Shown: one piece after another, positions 53,922 to 63,012 of the stretch
How positions within the stretch are numbered: position 1 is the first letter of the stretch
How the letters are laid out: every line of letters begins with the position of its first letter
From: Alphaproteobacteria bacterium
GTDB taxonomy: Bacteria > Pseudomonadota > Alphaproteobacteria > CADEGL01
Direction: 5' to 3'
Length of the DNA: 64,000 nucleotides
Assembly (NCBI GenBank): GCA_046153685.1
Contig: JBJXGH010000180.1
Coordinates: 14,604 to 78,603, forward strand
The notes under the pieces: model-generated
Told to the model about the DNA's origin: nothing
Seen by the model: the letters and a program-made list of their open reading frames with translations, nothing else
The model's database searches: none
Translations under genes and position numbers: made by a program

Positions 53922-55580
53922 TCATGGCGCGTTCTCGCGCAACAGATTGCGCCCGCAAAGATAACCCCAGGTCAAATGGGGTCCCAGCGTCGTGCCGACG
54001 GCGACGCCCGCGGTGCCAAAGAAATTGGCCATCAACGAGCCCGCGCAATACAGCCCGGCTATGATCGTGCCATCCGCGCGCAGGGCCTGGCCACGATCGT
54101 TCGTCCGCGGTCCGCCCTTGGTGCCGAGAATGCCGAGATAATAGGGCGTGGCGTAGAACGGCGGGGTTTCGATCGCGCCGCGCGTCTTGGACCACGGCGC
54201 CGGGCCGGCGCCGGTCGGGGGATCGTGGCGGCCGAAATCCTCGTCTAAGCCCGCTCGCGCGAAGCGATTGAAGCGCGCGAGCGTGGCGACGAGGGCGTCG
54301 GGATCGACATCGATCGTGCGCGCCAAGGCGGCGGGCGAGCGTGCCTTGCGCACCTTGCCCGGAATCCAATTCGCCATCCGGACCGCGAATGCGTTTTGCC
54401 GCGCAAAGCGCGCGTCGAAGATTCGCCAGGCGGGGGCGTGGCGCGACGCGCCCGATTGCGGGTCGCGCGCGGCCATGGCCAGGGCGATGGCGTTGCGGTC
54501 GGATTCGCCGACGAAGCGCTGGCCGTGGCGATCCACCAGGATGCAATGGGGAAAATCGAGCAGGCTCACGGGAATGGCGTGGTGACGACCTTCGTATTCG
54601 ACGGTCGATACCGGATAGATGGTCGCCTGATCCATGCGGGCGAATGCGGCGCCCGCGCTCGCCGCCATGCGGTGGCCATCGCCGGTATTGGTGCTCGGGC
54701 TGCCGAGCAGAAGCCAATCGGTGGGAAAGTATTTTCCGAGCAGGGCGCGATCCCATTCGTAGCCGCCCGTCGCGAGCACGACGCCCAGGCGCGCGCGAAT
54801 GCGCTTGCGTTCGCCCCCGATTGTCGCGCATAGGCCGAGCACGCGCCCCGAGCCTGCATCGCCGGCACTCGTCGCGTCGGAAATGAGTTCTTCCGCCGCC
54901 GCATTCACCTCGATTTCGCAGCCGTGTTCGAGGCAACCCCCGACCAGGCCCACGACCAGCGCCGCGCCTACGCCGACCTTCCGCCTTGCCAAGCGATGGA
55001 GCAGGCGGGGCGCCATGAGGATGGCCGTGCGCGCGGGATGGCGCATCAAGGGGCCGAGAATGATTTCGTCGAAGGTGAAGATTTGCGGCCGGATGGATTT
55101 GCGGATTCGGTCGCGCCAAGGGCCGAGCGTATTGCGGCTGATGAGCTCGGGGCTCAGCAGCCGTCCGAAGGCCTTGCCGCCCGGCGCGCGCGGATCGAGA
55201 TCGGGTAGATCGATGAGCGAGAAGCGCAACGCGGTATGGCGCTCGACGAATTTTAGCATCTCCGGCGCTTGGGTGACGAAGCTCCGCCAGCGCGCCTCCT
55301 CGTCCTTCGCCCAAGATGCGGGCATCATGGCGCGGATATAGGCGAGCGCCTCCTCGGGCGTGTCGGGATGGCCCGCGGCGATCATGCGATGATTGGCCGG
55401 AATCCAGGTGCCGCCGCCCGACATCGCGGTCGTGCCGCCGAGCACGCCGGCCTTCTCCAGGATGAGAACCCGCGCCCCGCCGATCGCGGCGCTCAGCGCC
55501 GCGGACAGGCCGGCGGCGCCCGAACCGACGACGACGACATCGGTCTCGATATCCCAATCGCGCGCAGAAGCCATCGCCAT
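53922..55580 (-). CDS. FAD-binding dehydrogenase (3-ketosteroid-delta1-dehydrogenase / fumarate-reductase-flavoprotein-like)
   Basis: DVVVVGSGAAGLSAALSAAIGGARVLILEKAGVLGGTTAMSGGGTW at the N-terminus and a C-terminal ...GLYCAGS... FAD-binding_2 signature. Confidence 0.75.
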   Translation of the reverse strand: MAMASARDWDIETDVVVVGSGAAGLSAALSAAIGGARVLILEKAGVLGGTTAMSGGGTWIPANHRMIAAGHPDTPEEALAYIRAMMPASWAKDEEARWRSFVTQAPEMLKFVERHTALRFSLIDLPDLDPRAPGGKAFGRLLSPELISRNTLGPWRDRIRKSIRPQIFTFDEIILGPLMRHPARTAILMAPRLLHRLARRKVGVGAALVVGLVGGCLEHGCEIEVNAAAEELISDATSAGDAGSGRVLGLCATIGGERKRIRARLGVVLATGGYEWDRALLGKYFPTDWLLLGSPSTNTGDGHRMAASAGAAFARMDQATIYPVSTVEYEGRHHAIPVSLLDFPHCILVDRHGQRFVGESDRNAIALAMAARDPQSGASRHAPAWRIFDARFARQNAFAVRMANWIPGKVRKARSPAALARTIDVDPDALVATLARFNRFARAGLDEDFGRHDPPTGAGPAPWSKTRGAIETPPFYATPYYLGILGTKGGPRTNDRGQALRADGTIIAGLYCAGSLMANFFGTAGVAVGTTLGPHLTWGYLCGRNLLRENAP

Positions 55581-55764
55581 TCACCCTTCCCGCCAGCCGA
55601 CGATGCACGGGACGGACAGCGTCGCACGATCGCGCGGTCATCCGCCACGCTTCCCTTCCCCTGAGACCGGGCCGAACGCCACGCCGCCCCGATGGCGATC
55701 GCGCGCTTCCCCTTAACGGGGCATTGCGCCATCCTGGTGCGGCAAGTGGAAAGTCGCGCGCCAT

Positions 55765-56827
55765 CATGAATCGAAGCGACGAGGATTTGGCCCAAACGCG
55801 GCGGCGCTGCGCGCTCGCGACGCGGCTCTGGGATCGCATGTTTTCCGCCCTGACCTGCATCGCCTATCGCGCGCACGGCGAGGAGGGCATGCGGTCTCTG
55901 TGGTTCGCGATGCTATCGAACCACCAGGGCGGGCATTATCGCGACGGCCTGAAGCTTCTTGGCATCGACAAGGATCCGCCCGCGATCGCCGCCGCGAAAT
56001 ACCACTATCTTTCGAATCAAATCGGCGAGCGCCGGATGGCCTATATCGAGGAATCGCCGAAGAAGGTGTGGATTCGGTACATGGCGCCCGTGTGGATGTA
56101 CGACGGCGTATCCCTTTTGGCCTTGCCTCGGAGTTCGCGCCGCATGGTGCTCACGGTATGGCACCCGCGGAACGGACCGATGATGGGCTGCGCGCGTCTA
56201 GGCTATGTCGCGACCAAGTTCATCACCGAAGGCGAGCCCTACGACGAAGGCTATTTCATCGAGCACGACCGCGATCTGGCTCCGGCGGAAACGCTGAAAT
56301 TCGAAACCGCGCGCCATACGCCCGAATTCGATCCCGCCAAGGCGCCGAAGCTTGATCCTGCGGCATGGCCCGAGGCGCGAGTCTTGAAGGCGCGGCGGAA
56401 TTTCGCCGGCGGATACGTGACGACGGCGATCGAGGTATTGACGTCCGCCTACGGCGAGGGCGCGACGGCCGCGCTGGTGGCGGAGGCCATGGACGGCCTT
56501 GCCGTGCAATACGTCCACGAATTGCGCGACATGGCCGGCATTGCGGGTACGGGGGCCGGGGCGATTGCCGCGCTGTTCGCGGCCTTGCTTGAAGCCTGTT
56601 ATCAGGAGTTTTCGGTGGAAAGCGCGAGCGCAGCCCATCATCGGATCGTCCTGAAAACCTTCCGCCCGTTTTCCGGCACGGTGTCCGAGGCCCTGCGGGC
56701 GGCATTCTTCCGCTTCCCGTTCATGGCCACGCGCGTGCTCGATGGCCGGATATCGGCATCCCGCCAAGCCGGGGCGGACGGCACGGAGATTTGGGATTTC
56801 AAGGACGCCGGGCGCTGGCTCTGGTAG
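55765..56827 (+). CDS. Hypothetical protein (about 354 aa)
   Basis: Complete ORF with genome-typical codon bias. No family recognised by eye. Start chosen at ATG 55765 (MNRSDEDL). Confidence 0.4.
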
Positions 56828-56855
56828 CAGGCCGGGGGGGCGCCAAGCGCGATCC

Positions 56856-58436
56856 ATGAACGCAATTCCCGACGACACCACGATTCGACAAAGCCTCGAA
56901 AGCCAGGCGCGCGCGACTCCGAACCGAGTCTATTTGCGGTTCGAGGAATCCGAGTTCACCGTTTTGGCGTTCGATCGGCGGGTCAATCGCCTTGCGAACG
57001 CCTTGGCCGATTTGGGCCTTCGGCCCGGCGACCGCGTGGCGGTCATGCTCGGCAATCACCCCGACCATGTCGCGACGTTTCTTGCCGGCGCGAAACTTGG
57101 CTTGGTGCAGGTTCCGGTGAACGTCCATCTGCGCGGCGCGAGTCTCGAATACCTTCTCGCGCACGCCGCGCCGCGGGCCGCGATCGCGGATTTTTCGTTC
57201 GCCGATGTTCTCGTGCCCGCCTTGACCCGGGCCCGGTGCGACATTGTCTTGTGGCGCGAAGGGCTGGGCGTCGTTCCCGGCGCGGCCGGACATCGCTTCG
57301 AGGACGCGCTGGCCGCAGGCGCGGAGGCCGCCCCGCCATTCGCGCCCCGATCCCAGGACACCCTGGCCATTTGCTACACCTCGGGTACGACCGGCCCGCC
57401 CAAGGGCGTGACGGTCACCGACAAGATGTGCCGGGCGGCCGCGGCGGGTGCCGCCACGGCGGCGGATTTTCAACCGGGCGACGTTCAATTCCTGTGGGCG
57501 CCGTTGTTTCACATCGGCGGCATTCAAACCCTCATCGCGGCCGTCCAGAACGACATCACCCTTGCCCTGGCGGAGCGATTCAGCGCGTCGCGGTTTTGGC
57601 ATCAGGTCCGCAAATACCGGGCGACGAAGATCCACTATGTCGGCGGGGTGGTGGGGATTCTGCTGAAGCAGCCGCCGCGCGACGACGACGCGCAAAGCGG
57701 TGCGAAAATCGCCTGGGGCGGCGGCGCGCCCGCGAATCTGTGGCGGCCGTTCATGGACCGGTTCAAACTGCGAATCCATGAAATCTACGGCATGACCGAA
57801 TGTTCGAGCATCAGCCACGTGAACAGCGAGGGCCTCGTCGGCTCGGTTGGCAAGGTGCTGCCGTACTTCGAGGCGCGCATCCTGGGCGAGGACGCAAGGC
57901 CCTTGGCGTTCGGTGAGATCGGAGAGATCGCGTTGCGCGCGCGCGTGCCGGGTTTGATCACGAAGGAATATTTCCGCGATCCCGAGGCCTCGGCCCAGGC
58001 GCTTAGGGACGGCTGGTTGCACACGGGCGATCTTGGCAGCGTCGATGGCGACGGATTCTTCCGCTATCTCGGCCGGCGCAAGGACAGCATCCGGCGTCGC
58101 GGCGAAAATGTGTCCGCCTGGGAGGTCGAGCGCGTGTTGCAGACCCATCCGGCGGTCGAGGAATGCGCGGTGATCGGCGTGGACGCCGAGATCGGCGATC
58201 AGGATATTTTGGCGTTCGTGAAGCCGGTGGCCGGGCAGGCTCCCGAACCCCTCGACCTTATCCGCCATTGCGAAAGCGCGCTCGCGTACTTCCAGATCCC
58301 CCGTTATCTCGCTTTCGTTGCCGAATTCCCGAAGACGCCGACCCATCGCATTCGCAAGGACGCGTTGCCCCGGACATTGGACGGGTGCTGGGATCTGGAT
58401 CGCTCGGGGTACACATTGCGGCGATCGGAGCGGTGA
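56856..58436 (+). CDS. AMP-dependent synthetase/ligase (acyl-CoA synthetase family)
   Basis: ...ICYTSGTTGPPKGV (AMP-binding motif I), ...GEIGEIALRAR..., ...WLHTGDLGSVDGDGFFRYLGRRKDSIRRRGENV (motifs II/III). Confidence 0.8.
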   Translation: MNAIPDDTTIRQSLESQARATPNRVYLRFEESEFTVLAFDRRVNRLANALADLGLRPGDRVAVMLGNHPDHVATFLAGAKLGLVQVPVNVHLRGASLEYLLAHAAPRAAIADFSFADVLVPALTRARCDIVLWREGLGVVPGAAGHRFEDALAAGAEAAPPFAPRSQDTLAICYTSGTTGPPKGVTVTDKMCRAAAAGAATAADFQPGDVQFLWAPLFHIGGIQTLIAAVQNDITLALAERFSASRFWHQVRKYRATKIHYVGGVVGILLKQPPRDDDAQSGAKIAWGGGAPANLWRPFMDRFKLRIHEIYGMTECSSISHVNSEGLVGSVGKVLPYFEARILGEDARPLAFGEIGEIALRARVPGLITKEYFRDPEASAQALRDGWLHTGDLGSVDGDGFFRYLGRRKDSIRRRGENVSAWEVERVLQTHPAVEECAVIGVDAEIGDQDILAFVKPVAGQAPEPLDLIRHCESALAYFQIPRYLAFVAEFPKTPTHRIRKDALPRTLDGCWDLDRSGYTLRRSER

Positions 58437-58464
58437 CGTTCGGCGTCGCCGACGCCCGTGCCTG

Positions 58465-59286
58465 TCAGGCGGGACCCGGCGGCACGGGCCCGCTCGGCGG
58501 CAGCGAGCCGTCCGCGTCGTGCCGCTCATCGCCCCTCAAGGGCGGACAGAAGATGCTCAACAGGTGCACCGCGCTGCGCGCGCGAATCTTGTGCCGGTCT
58601 TTGGGTCCCACGCAGTAGATCATGTCCGGTTCGAGAGTCCAGATCTTGCCCGTGGCCAAATCCTCGACCTCGAGCGTGCCGGACAGAACGTGGTTCGCCT
58701 CCCAATGGTGCTTGTACCACAGCACGGATTCGGCCCCCGCCTTCACGCGCACGTCCGAGAGGGTAAAGCCCACGCCATCATCCTGGGTCAGCATGCGGAT
58801 TACCTTCGAATTGCCGGTAACGCTGGTTTTCTCGTAACCAGCCGCGCGCAATTCGTCGATCGTCTTCACGAACATGCGTCCATCGGTTCTTGCGATTGGC
58901 CCGCTCGGCTCGAAGGCGCCGTCGGCGTCGTGCCGTTCGTCGCCGCGAAGGGCGGGGTGGAAGACGCTGACGTGATGCTCGGCCCCGGGCGTGTGCAACA
59001 CATGGTGGTCATTGGGCCCCACGACATAGAGGGAGCCCGGCGCGAGCGTCCAGCTCCGACCGCCGGACAGCTCGGTCAATTCGGCCTTGCCCTCGACGAT
59101 GTAGTTCGCTTCCCAGTGGTTCTTGTACCAGATGGTCGCGGTCGAGCCGGCGTCGCAGCGTGCATCGCTGTAGGAGAATCCCACTCCGTCCGCGGCGACT
59201 AGAAACCGCGCGGCGTGCGTGGTGCCATTCACGAGGGACAGCGTGCGACAGAGGGCCGCGACGTCTGCGAGCGTGCGGACGAACAT
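58465..59286 (-). CDS. Tandem double EctC-like cupin protein, second paralogue
   Basis: MFVRTLADV...WYKNHWEANYIVEGKAEL...VFHPALRGDERHDADG then MFVKTIDEL...WYKHHWEANHVLSGTLEV...IFCPPLRGDERHDADG. About 60-65% identical to the 38630..39457 protein by eye. Confidence 0.7.
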   Translation of the reverse strand: MFVRTLADVAALCRTLSLVNGTTHAARFLVAADGVGFSYSDARCDAGSTATIWYKNHWEANYIVEGKAELTELSGGRSWTLAPGSLYVVGPNDHHVLHTPGAEHHVSVFHPALRGDERHDADGAFEPSGPIARTDGRMFVKTIDELRAAGYEKTSVTGNSKVIRMLTQDDGVGFTLSDVRVKAGAESVLWYKHHWEANHVLSGTLEVEDLATGKIWTLEPDMIYCVGPKDRHKIRARSAVHLLSIFCPPLRGDERHDADGSLPPSGPVPPGPA

Positions 59287-59379
59287 GGCGTGACCTCCGA
59301 ACCGCCGCGATGAATTCGCGTGCCGCGAGATTAAGCGAGGACGCGCGTCCGCGCCAGATGGCGGGCGGAGGCGCGCCGT

Positions 59380-60096
59380 TCAACGCAGGGCGTCGTATTC
59401 GCCGTGCGCCTTCAGCTTGGTGATGTTTTCAATGTGAACCACCCGGCCGCGCGTCTGCACGCCGAACGGCTTCAGCGCAGCGAACGCCCGCGAAAGCGTT
59501 TCCGGCGTCATGCCAAGGCGCGCCGCCAGAAGGCGCCGCTCCTCGCCGAGCCGCACAACCGCCGCGCCGGCGCGCATGTCGGCCATGCCGAGAAGGTGTG
59601 AAGCCAGGCGCTGGGTGGAATTGCGCAGCTTCAGATCCTTGATCTGAATCACGAGACCCCGCCAATGGCGCGCCAGGGTTTCGCCGACGGCGATGGCGAG
59701 TTTATGATCACGCGACACTGCGCGGCGGAATTCATCGGCCGGAATCAGAACGATGCGCGCCTCGACGGTCACGCGGCCATCGAGCAGATAGGGCCGCTTT
59801 AGCAACGCGGCGGGCGCCAGGACCGCCTCGCCCGCGCCGAAAACCTCGACCACGGTCGGTTCGTGCCCTGGGTTTTGCGCAAACAGCCCGACACGCCCGC
59901 CGAGAATGACATGAAGAAATTCCGCATCCGTGCCCTGTTCGAACAAGACCGCGCCGCGCGGCAGGGTCTGCACGAAGGCGGCGCGCGCGAGTCGCTCGGC
60001 CTCAGGCGAACCTCGAAACAGCGCGGATCGCTTCAGGGCTTCCAAATCGGTCGGTCGCACGACGATCCCCGTTCCACCACAATTGATGCCGATCAA
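59380..60096 (-). CDS. Crp/Fnr-family transcriptional regulator (Dnr/NnrR-like; no FNR-type N-terminal Cys cluster)
   Basis: cNMP-binding-like domain (...ALFRGSPEAERLARAAFVQTLPRGAVLFEQGTDAEF...) and C-terminal HTH (RRLLAARLGMTPETLSRAFAALK). The listed ATG overlaps a perfect FNR box, so the true start may be a few codons downstream. Confidence 0.7.
   Translation of the reverse strand: MIGINCGGTGIVVRPTDLEALKRSALFRGSPEAERLARAAFVQTLPRGAVLFEQGTDAEFLHVILGGRVGLFAQNPGHEPTVVEVFGAGEAVLAPAALLKRPYLLDGRVTVEARIVLIPADEFRRAVSRDHKLAIAVGETLARHWRGLVIQIKDLKLRNSTQRLASHLLGMADMRAGAAVVRLGEERRLLAARLGMTPETLSRAFAALKPFGVQTRGRVVHIENITKLKAHGEYDALR
60083..60096. promoter_or_regulatory. Perfect FNR/Dnr-type box TTGAT-N4-ATCAA
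   Basis: TTGATgccgATCAA read directly at 60083-60096, between (and overlapping the annotated start of) the Crp/Fnr regulator gene and narK1. Confidence 0.55.
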
Positions 60097-60175
60097 GTCT
60101 ATTCTTGCGCTCGGTCATGTGTCTACTTGAGCGATTCGGGGTAATGCGCTCCTTCTCGCGCCAACTCCCAGCGCG

Positions 60176-60189
60176 CTTGATCTATCTCA
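60176..60189. promoter_or_regulatory. Second FNR-like box (one mismatch): TTGATctatCTCAA
   Basis: Read directly, 60-130 bp upstream of the candidate narK1 start codons. Confidence 0.4.
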
Positions 60190-60247
60190 ACTGCCACCTT
60201 CGCCGCCGCGGCGACTATCGCTCTGTCGCGGATGGGCCGCGTGTTCG

Positions 60248-61618
60248 TTGGTGGGGGACGGCGTGAAGGGCGGCGGGAACACAAGCGGGCGGACGACGGC
60301 CCTGACGATGAGCACGGTGGCTTTCACCGCGTGCTTTGCGGTTTGGACGATCTTTTCGATCATCGGCGTCCAGATCAAAAAGGATTTGGGCCTCAGCGAT
60401 ACCCAGTTCGGTCTGTTGGTTGGAACCCCCATCCTGACGGGTTCTCTCATCCGCCTGGTGCTAGGCATTTGGACCGACCAATATGGCGGCCGCATCGTTT
60501 ACGTCATTGTCATGGTCTCGGCGGCGATCGCGACTTGGCTTTTGTCCTATGCCGATGACTACGAGACCTTTCTGATCGCGGCCCTTGGCGTCGGCATCGC
60601 GGGCGGCGCCTTCGCGGTTGGCATCGCCTATGTCTCGCGCTGGTATCCGAAGGAGCGCCAAGGCACGGCGCTCGGTATATTCGGCATGGGCAATGTGGGC
60701 GCGGCGGTCACCAAATTCGCCGCCCCCTTCGTCATGGTGGCCTTCGGCTGGCAGGCGGTGGCGCAGATCTGGTCCGTGGCGCTGGCCGTCATGGCGGTCA
60801 TATTCTTTTTCTCGACCAAGGACGATCCGGCCCTGGCCGAGCGCCGCCGCCTCGGTGCCAAGCCCGTGCCCTTCGCCGCTCAACTCGCGCCGCTGCGCAA
60901 TCTCCAGGTCTGGCGATTCTCGCTCTATTACTTCTTCGTCTTCGGCGGCTTCGTCGCCTTGGCGCTCTGGCTGCCGCGCTATTATGTCGGAGTTTACGGC
61001 CTCGACATCATGTCGGCCGGAATGCTCGGCGCGGCCTACTCGATTCCGGGCAGTTTGTTTCGCGCGACGGGCGGCGTGCTGTCCGATAAGTACGGCGCGC
61101 GCCGGGTCATGTACTGGACATTCATCGCTTCGGTCATTTGCACCTTCCTGTTGTCCTATCCCGCGACCGAATACACCGTTGCCGGCATCAAGGGGCCGAT
61201 TCACTTCACGATCGCCATCGGCTTCGTGCCGTTCACGATCCTCACCTTCATTCTCGGCTTCTTCATGTCCCTCGGCAAAGCCGCGGTTTACAAGCACATT
61301 CCGATTTATTACCCCGGCCATGTCGGCTCGGTCGGCGGCATCGTCGGGCTTATTGGCGGCCTGGGCGGATTCGTGCTGCCAATCGCCTTCGGTGCGATGA
61401 ACGACTTCATCGGCATCTGGACGAGCTGTTTCATGTTGCTGTTCCTCGTCGTTGCGGTCTCGCTGCTGTGGATGCATGTGGCGATCGTGCACATGGAACG
61501 CGCGCGCGCGCCCGAACTGCGCGGTCCGAAGGACTTTCCGGAAATCGACATGCTCGGCCCGGTTCTGCCCGCCCGCGACGGCGAGATGCGGCGGAACAAG
61601 GCCGGCATGGTCACATGA
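60248..61618 (+). CDS. narK: Nitrate/nitrite transporter, MFS NNP family (NarK1-type)
   Basis: ...TMSTVAFTACFAVWTIFSIIGVQIKKDLGLSDTQFGLLVGTPILTGSLIRL... is the NarK-family N-terminus; 12 TM. The start could also be the internal MSTVAF (60308). Confidence 0.8.
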   Translation: MVGDGVKGGGNTSGRTTALTMSTVAFTACFAVWTIFSIIGVQIKKDLGLSDTQFGLLVGTPILTGSLIRLVLGIWTDQYGGRIVYVIVMVSAAIATWLLSYADDYETFLIAALGVGIAGGAFAVGIAYVSRWYPKERQGTALGIFGMGNVGAAVTKFAAPFVMVAFGWQAVAQIWSVALAVMAVIFFFSTKDDPALAERRRLGAKPVPFAAQLAPLRNLQVWRFSLYYFFVFGGFVALALWLPRYYVGVYGLDIMSAGMLGAAYSIPGSLFRATGGVLSDKYGARRVMYWTFIASVICTFLLSYPATEYTVAGIKGPIHFTIAIGFVPFTILTFILGFFMSLGKAAVYKHIPIYYPGHVGSVGGIVGLIGGLGGFVLPIAFGAMNDFIGIWTSCFMLLFLVVAVSLLWMHVAIVHMERARAPELRGPKDFPEIDMLGPVLPARDGEMRRNKAGMVT

Positions 61619-61643
61619 CGGCTAGGAAGGCGGAATCACGGCC

Positions 61644-62996
61644 ATGAGCAAACCAAATCCCAATTCCGCGCCCGGCGGCACGTGGCTATCGGAATGGAAT
61701 CCCGAGGACGCGGCATTCTGGGAGCGCACGGGACGCGCCCGGGCCTGGCGCACGCTCGCCATCACCACGGCCAATCTCATCATGGCCTTCATAGTCTGGT
61801 TCATGGTCAGCGCGCTCGTCGTGCGCCTGCCGGCGGTCGGCTTCAAGATGACGACGACGCAACTGTTCTGGCTGGCCGCCATGCCGGGTCTCGCGGGCGG
61901 CTCGTTGCGCATCGTCCACACTTTCATGGTGCCGTTGTTCGGCACGCGCCACGTGATCAGCATGGCAACTCTGTCCCTAATCGTGCCTGTGGTCGGCTGG
62001 TTCTATGCCGTGCAGGATCCGGAGACGCCGTATTGGATGCTCATGGGGCTCGCCTTCCTGGCGGGCCTTGGCGGCGGAAATTTCTCGTCCTTCATGCCCT
62101 CGACCAGCCTGTTTTTCCCCAAGCGCCTTCAGGGCACTGCGCTCGCCATCCAGGCGGGTATCGGAAATTTCGGCGTGAGCGTGGTGCAGTTCGTTACGCC
62201 CTGGATCGTCAGCTTTGCGCTGTTGGGCACGCTCGCGGGCGAAGCGCAGATCTACACCAAGGGCGCGGTGTCGAAGCCCATCTGGCTGCAAAACGCCGCG
62301 CTCATCTATTTGCCCTTCATCGTGGTGTTCGGCGTGCTCGCCTGGGCGGGGCTCAGAAGCGTGCCGGTGCGCGCGAATTTCCGCGCGCAGCTCGACATCT
62401 TCGGCGAGAAGCATACTTGGATCATGACCTCGCTCTATCTCATGACCTTCGGTTCGTTTTCGGGCTTCTCCGCGACCTTCCCCCTGCTCATCAAGCAGAT
62501 TTTCGGCAAGCTCGAAGGTGCGCCCGATCCCTTGGCCTTTGCCTTTCTCGGCCCGCTCGTGGGCTCGGCCGTGCGCGTGATCGCCGGCCCGGCCGCCGAT
62601 CGCTGGGGAGGCGCCATGATCACCCAAATCTCGGGTATCGGCCTCGTCGCCTGCGCCCTTGCGGTCACCTTTCATACCGCACCCGAATCGATGGCGGAAT
62701 TTCCCGTCTTTGTCGCCATCATGCTCGGCCTGTTCTTCTTCGCCGGCATCGGCAACGCCTCGACCTTCAAGCAGATGCCGATGATCTTCCCGCCGCGCCA
62801 GGCGGGCGGGGTAATCGGCTGGACGGGCGCAATCGCGGCCTTCGGGCCGCTCCTCTTCGGGGCCTTCCTTGGCTGGGCCTTCGCCGCCACGAACTCGCCG
62901 AACGTCTTCTTCCATGGTTTGGCGGTGTTCTACGCGCTCAATGTCGTCCTCAATTGGTTTTTCTACGCCCGCAGGGGCGCGCCCAAGCCGTGCTGA
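61644..62996 (+). CDS. narK: Nitrate/nitrite antiporter, MFS NNP family (NarK2-type)
   Basis: Colinear with E. coli NarK: WNPEDAAFWERTGRARAWRTLAITTANLIMAFIVWFMVSALVVRLPAVGFKMTTTQLFWLAAMPGLAGGSLR, against WRPEDPAFWQQRGQRIASRNLWISVPCLLLAFCVWMLFSAVAVNLPKVGFNFTTDQLF... Confidence 0.85.
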   Translation: MSKPNPNSAPGGTWLSEWNPEDAAFWERTGRARAWRTLAITTANLIMAFIVWFMVSALVVRLPAVGFKMTTTQLFWLAAMPGLAGGSLRIVHTFMVPLFGTRHVISMATLSLIVPVVGWFYAVQDPETPYWMLMGLAFLAGLGGGNFSSFMPSTSLFFPKRLQGTALAIQAGIGNFGVSVVQFVTPWIVSFALLGTLAGEAQIYTKGAVSKPIWLQNAALIYLPFIVVFGVLAWAGLRSVPVRANFRAQLDIFGEKHTWIMTSLYLMTFGSFSGFSATFPLLIKQIFGKLEGAPDPLAFAFLGPLVGSAVRVIAGPAADRWGGAMITQISGIGLVACALAVTFHTAPESMAEFPVFVAIMLGLFFFAGIGNASTFKQMPMIFPPRQAGGVIGWTGAIAAFGPLLFGAFLGWAFAATNSPNVFFHGLAVFYALNVVLNWFFYARRGAPKPC

Positions 62997-63012
62997 TCCA
63001 GCGGAGATCCTT

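Noticed and set aside
53905-58529. ORFs 53905..55860 (-) and 56799..58529 (-)
   Set aside because: Alternative-frame or antisense artefacts overlapping the KstD-like dehydrogenase and the acyl-CoA ligase.
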